Source: a virus (lineage: Duplodnaviria > Caudoviricetes). From it: DNA of 37,704 bases. The number at the start of each line of letters is the position of its first letter. Position 1 is the first letter of the stretch. The translations under genes were made by a program, and so were the position numbers. The notes below the pieces were generated by a model. The model saw nothing but the letters and a program-made list of their open reading frames with translations, did not search any database and was not told where the DNA came from. Of this stretch, positions 34,755 to 37,704 are shown in pieces. The stretch spans positions 1-37,704 of the IMG/VR virus record IMGVR_UViG_3300049930_000024. One strand, written 5' to 3'.

Positions 34755-34822
34755 ATAGTAGACTGCTTATCACAATTTTGTCAAATAGTAACCGAATTCG
34801 GATAAGTGGTAACCGAATTCGG
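34755..34822 (-). promoter_or_regulatory. Coat-gene promoter with two upstream palindromic direct repeats
   Basis: Minus strand TTGACA-18 bp-TACTAT (34784 to 34755); GTAACCGAATTCGG at 34788 and 34809. Confidence 0.7.
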
Positions 34823-34831
34823 TATACTAGG

Positions 34832-35029
34832 TTAATGTGATAACAGCCGAATTAGAGTGTCGGCGGCTATCGGGTGCAACTCATCAAGACGTGTTTTAAG
34901 TTCGAATATCAAGTCAAGACCGTGTTTTAGATCGCCAAGCGCATCACGATCGTAACGCTTATCCGGTTCACTTTGAACACAGCCACTATCACGTAACCGT
35001 GGCCCCATATAGGCATGCAAAATGCTCAT
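34832..35029 (-). CDS. Hypothetical protein
   Basis: Likely start MSILHAY at 35029 with GGAGAG RBS. Confidence 0.55.
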   Translation of the reverse strand: MSILHAYMGPRLRDSGCVQSEPDKRYDRDALGDLKHGLDLIFELKTRLDELHPIAADTLIRLLSH

Positions 35030-35030
35030 C

Positions 35031-35279
35031 TTAACTCTCCATAAAGGGTGAATAGCTTGCCTCAAATATCTCAGGCTTACAGGGGTAAATCTCCCCCGCA
35101 ATGCCCTTAATAATGTAATCGCCTGCGGTTGCTATCATATCGCCTTCAAGCGTGTGAATAGTAAGCGCCGACCCATCACTAGGCTGGGTGATATGGTCTT
35201 GATTTAACATCCAGTGCGGTGGCTTATCAATACCGTATCGATAGGCCTCTATAACTATTGGTTTTTTTACAAACTTCAT
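35031..35279 (-). CDS. Small phage protein (TLEG...GDYII...YPCKP type)
   Basis: KKPIVIEA and TLEGDMIATAGDYIIKGIAGEIYPCKPEIF, a widespread phage hypothetical pattern. Confidence 0.8.
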   Translation of the reverse strand: MKFVKKPIVIEAYRYGIDKPPHWMLNQDHITQPSDGSALTIHTLEGDMIATAGDYIIKGIAGEIYPCKPEIFEASYSPFMES

Positions 35280-36247
35280 CGATTACCCCTTAAACGTGTT
35301 CTTACCGTTGCCAAGCGCTTGGCATCAGCTTTAGCCAATAAATCATCGCCGCTTGTATCTTTTTCTTTGGGCTTGGTTTTAGTAGTCGTATCTTCTTGTG
35401 TTCGCGCCAAAGGTCTGGGCGCTTTCGTCGTTGGTTTGTTCTTACGCATACGCTCCTCTAGTTTTCCCATTTCCATCATTTGCCCATAGGGGTCACGTAT
35501 CTTTGAAATACGTTCAAGCTCTTGAGGGTGTCGTTTTGCCGCCGCATATAAAAAGGCTGCAGGGTTTTCCATAGACCGTGTCGCAAGCGTCATAGGGTTC
35601 GTTATTTCACAAGGCAGGCTTGTTATTACCTCTCTAAAGTCATCAAAGCGGTTCATGCCATCGCGAAACTTGGTTTCAAATTCAGCCTGCGCTTTAGCTT
35701 CTTGCTGCCGCACTGCCGCCTCTTCTTTTTCCTTACTCATAGAATTAACAGTTTGTTTCACAAAGCTTGCTAATTGTTGCTGCCAATCCCCCGACGCATC
35801 CGGATCGTATTCAAAGTCTTTAGCGGCTTGCTGAACCTGTTGGCTTGCGCCTTGTTGCGCTAATTGAGCGCGTAGTTCATCCAGTTCTGCTTGGTGTTTG
35901 CGTGCTTGACGCGCCAATCGTTCACGTATTGCCTCGTTCTCAGGTTCTTTTTCATTGCCGTACTCATCAACCTCAGGTTCTGCTTTCTTTTTAGGCTTTT
36001 GTTCGGGCGCGTCCTCTTCTTCATCATCATCGTCTTGTGCGTGTTCATAATCATCTGTCAGGTCACCTGACGGCTCGTCAGATGATTCGTCAGATTCATA
36101 ATCATCACCGTCTAGCTCATCAATTGGCTCAGGCTCTGTAGGCACGTTATCATTTTGTTCGGCCGGGATATCAGCGCTTCCACCCCCCAATAACAGATCG
36201 TCAATACTACTAATACTCATAGATCCCTCTCCTTTGTAAGTAACCAC
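35276..36247 (-). CDS. Scaffolding protein
   Basis: Acidic N-terminus, coiled coil and basic C-terminal helix; between portal and coat. Confidence 0.8.
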   Translation of the reverse strand: MVTYKGEGSMSISSIDDLLLGGGSADIPAEQNDNVPTEPEPIDELDGDDYESDESSDEPSGDLTDDYEHAQDDDDEEEDAPEQKPKKKAEPEVDEYGNEKEPENEAIRERLARQARKHQAELDELRAQLAQQGASQQVQQAAKDFEYDPDASGDWQQQLASFVKQTVNSMSKEKEEAAVRQQEAKAQAEFETKFRDGMNRFDDFREVITSLPCEITNPMTLATRSMENPAAFLYAAAKRHPQELERISKIRDPYGQMMEMGKLEERMRKNKPTTKAPRPLARTQEDTTTKTKPKEKDTSGDDLLAKADAKRLATVRTRLRGNR

Positions 36248-37704
36248 TACCCTATTTTATGCGTTAAAATCTTAACCATATTATCCGCGTGCGCTATAGC
36301 ATTATCGCTTTGTGTTCTATCGGTTTCGGCTAAATAGCGCATACGTTGCTCTTCAACATTCCCCGCAAGCTCCATCTGAGCTATCTCTAATTTCATGCGC
36401 TCAATCTCAATCTCTGATTGCATTTCTTTTTCACGAAGCTGAAGCTCTTGTACCTTAATTTGAATTTGTGCCTGTTTAAATTGCTGATCGGCCTGTTGCG
36501 CTTGTTGCTGTATTTGCACCGCTTGCTCTTCAGGCGATGGCCCTTGTTGTTCGGGCATATGCCCTGTTTTACCCGCTTCAATAATAGCCGGTGATACACG
36601 TGTTTTAAGACGGTTTTTAATTTCAAGCGTGTTCATAAGCGGTAAGTTTTCAGCGTAGAGATCGGCAATTAGGTTAAACGCGGTCGGATCGGCCTGTAAT
36701 ACTTCGCGCAAGCTTTGCAACGCCTGCTCTTTTTGACCTTCATAGCTTGGTCCCGGTTTAAGCCTAACCTGATACGTACCCTTACGAATATCGTTTTCTA
36801 TTTGCTCACCGTACTCATCGCGCTGTTTGTTAATAGTAATGTTTTGCATCCCCTCATCAGGCATCATAAGGGTTAAAACACGCTCGGTATCATAAACACG
36901 GGGTATCATTTCGTTAACAATCTCACCGCCGACCGCAATAGCCCGATTTATTGAGTTAAAAAAGACGTACGTCGAGTAACTACCTTGACGGGTTCTGGCA
37001 TCAATTGCCTTTCCTGATGCCTCATCTCCATTATTCCCCATGCGAGCAGGGTAGAGGCCAGTACATGTATACAAATCTTCAATAGCAAGCTGATATTGTT
37101 GAAATAAAGAGGCAGATAGCTCAGGGGGTCGTATCTGTTCCGGTTTATTACCGCTCGGTGATTCGTCATAAGTAAGCATCCCTTGTATTGCGGTCGGATC
37201 GCGCCAGTTTCGTTGCGTATCAATACCCGCCACATTCTTTTTAGACCCAATCCATTGGTCGTACCGACTAACCTTTAGGATATACGCTGATTGCGTGCGT
37301 AAATAGTTAATATAGCGCTGAGTATCACGGCAATCACCAAAGAAGGAACGTGTGATCTGTTTACCCGCTTTGTCATAGTAGCTGTTGTTATCAACAAAAG
37401 GCATCGGCAATTGTTCTGAGGGAAATTCGGTTTTATCAAGCTCATAGTCACCCGCAATCTGATAATGAATAATCTTGTGTTTCTTGCACGGGCGTTTATC
37501 CTCAATACGAACCAATTCCCCCTCATCCCATAACGCCATGGTATCAAACGTATCATCGTCAGTTTCAACCGCAAGCTCTTGACCAGAATTATATCGGTCA
37601 ACATCCATGCCGTTTTCTTGCGGCAATATATCGTGATCACCCGTAACACCAAATCCGTCAGGAGACTGCGGGGCTAATCCACCCATGTCTTGGGGCATTT
37701 GTCC
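36247..37704 (-). CDS. Portal protein, C-terminal part (P22 gp1-like)
   Basis: SGKAIDAR, MIPRVYDTERV, DIRKGTYQVRLKPGPSY and a Q-rich barrel helix. Confidence 0.92.
   Translation of the reverse strand, partial: GQMPQDMGGLAPQSPDGFGVTGDHDILPQENGMDVDRYNSGQELAVETDDDTFDTMALWDEGELVRIEDKRPCKKHKIIHYQIAGDYELDKTEFPSEQLPMPFVDNNSYYDKAGKQITRSFFGDCRDTQRYINYLRTQSAYILKVSRYDQWIGSKKNVAGIDTQRNWRDPTAIQGMLTYDESPSGNKPEQIRPPELSASLFQQYQLAIEDLYTCTGLYPARMGNNGDEASGKAIDARTRQGSYSTYVFFNSINRAIAVGGEIVNEMIPRVYDTERVLTLMMPDEGMQNITINKQRDEYGEQIENDIRKGTYQVRLKPGPSYEGQKEQALQSLREVLQADPTAFNLIADLYAENLPLMNTLEIKNRLKTRVSPAIIEAGKTGHMPEQQGPSPEEQAVQIQQQAQQADQQFKQAQIQIKVQELQLREKEMQSEIEIERMKLEIAQMELAGNVEEQRMRYLAETDRTQSDNAIAHADNMVKILTHKIG
37578..37704. 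repeat. Terminal direct repeat copy 2 (circular overlap)
   Basis: Identical to bases 1-127. Confidence 0.95.

Noticed and set aside
37578-37704. 127-bp terminal repeat as a biological direct terminal repeat
   Set aside because: It falls mid-portal and equals a standard assembler k-mer; it only shows circularity or permutation.
1-37704. Stop-codon reassignment, tRNA genes, introns or inteins
   Set aside because: Core genes are intact and of normal length in code 11; no cloverleaf or splicing motifs were seen by eye.

Overview
The window is a complete, circularly permuted genome of a P22-like podovirus. The unit length is 37,577 bp; bases 1-127 recur at 37578-37704 and the junction falls inside the portal gene. 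The minus strand carries a late arm: ParB-DNA methyltransferase, small and large terminase, portal, scaffold, P22-type coat, gp4/gp10-like tail machine, three ejection proteins, tailspike/fibre genes, an SGNH esterase, an M15 endolysin, a VRR-NUC nuclease and an HNH gene. A second leftward unit holds a Cro-like HTH, a lambda-O-like initiator with four internal iterons and a cold-shock protein. A rightward early unit encodes an AAA (Sak4-like) ATPase, SSB, Cas4-like nuclease, SF2 helicase and about 25 small, translationally coupled accessory ORFs. I found no integrase, CI repressor, DNA polymerase, tRNA or clear holin/spanin. The most unusual feature is a family of four small paralogs (one missing from the ORF track) with constant MN(D/E)FTKxEL and KxxxMIDxY ends around an unrelated variable core, inside an array whose genes join at recurring ATGAATGA/ATGATTGA motifs. 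Also notable are an HNH cassette bounded by inverted dyad sites, a DnaA box over the predicted packaging-operon promoter, a candidate antisense RNA upstream of the replication genes, and twin palindromes plus a structured leader before the coat gene. All functional calls come from motif recognition by eye; no database search was run.
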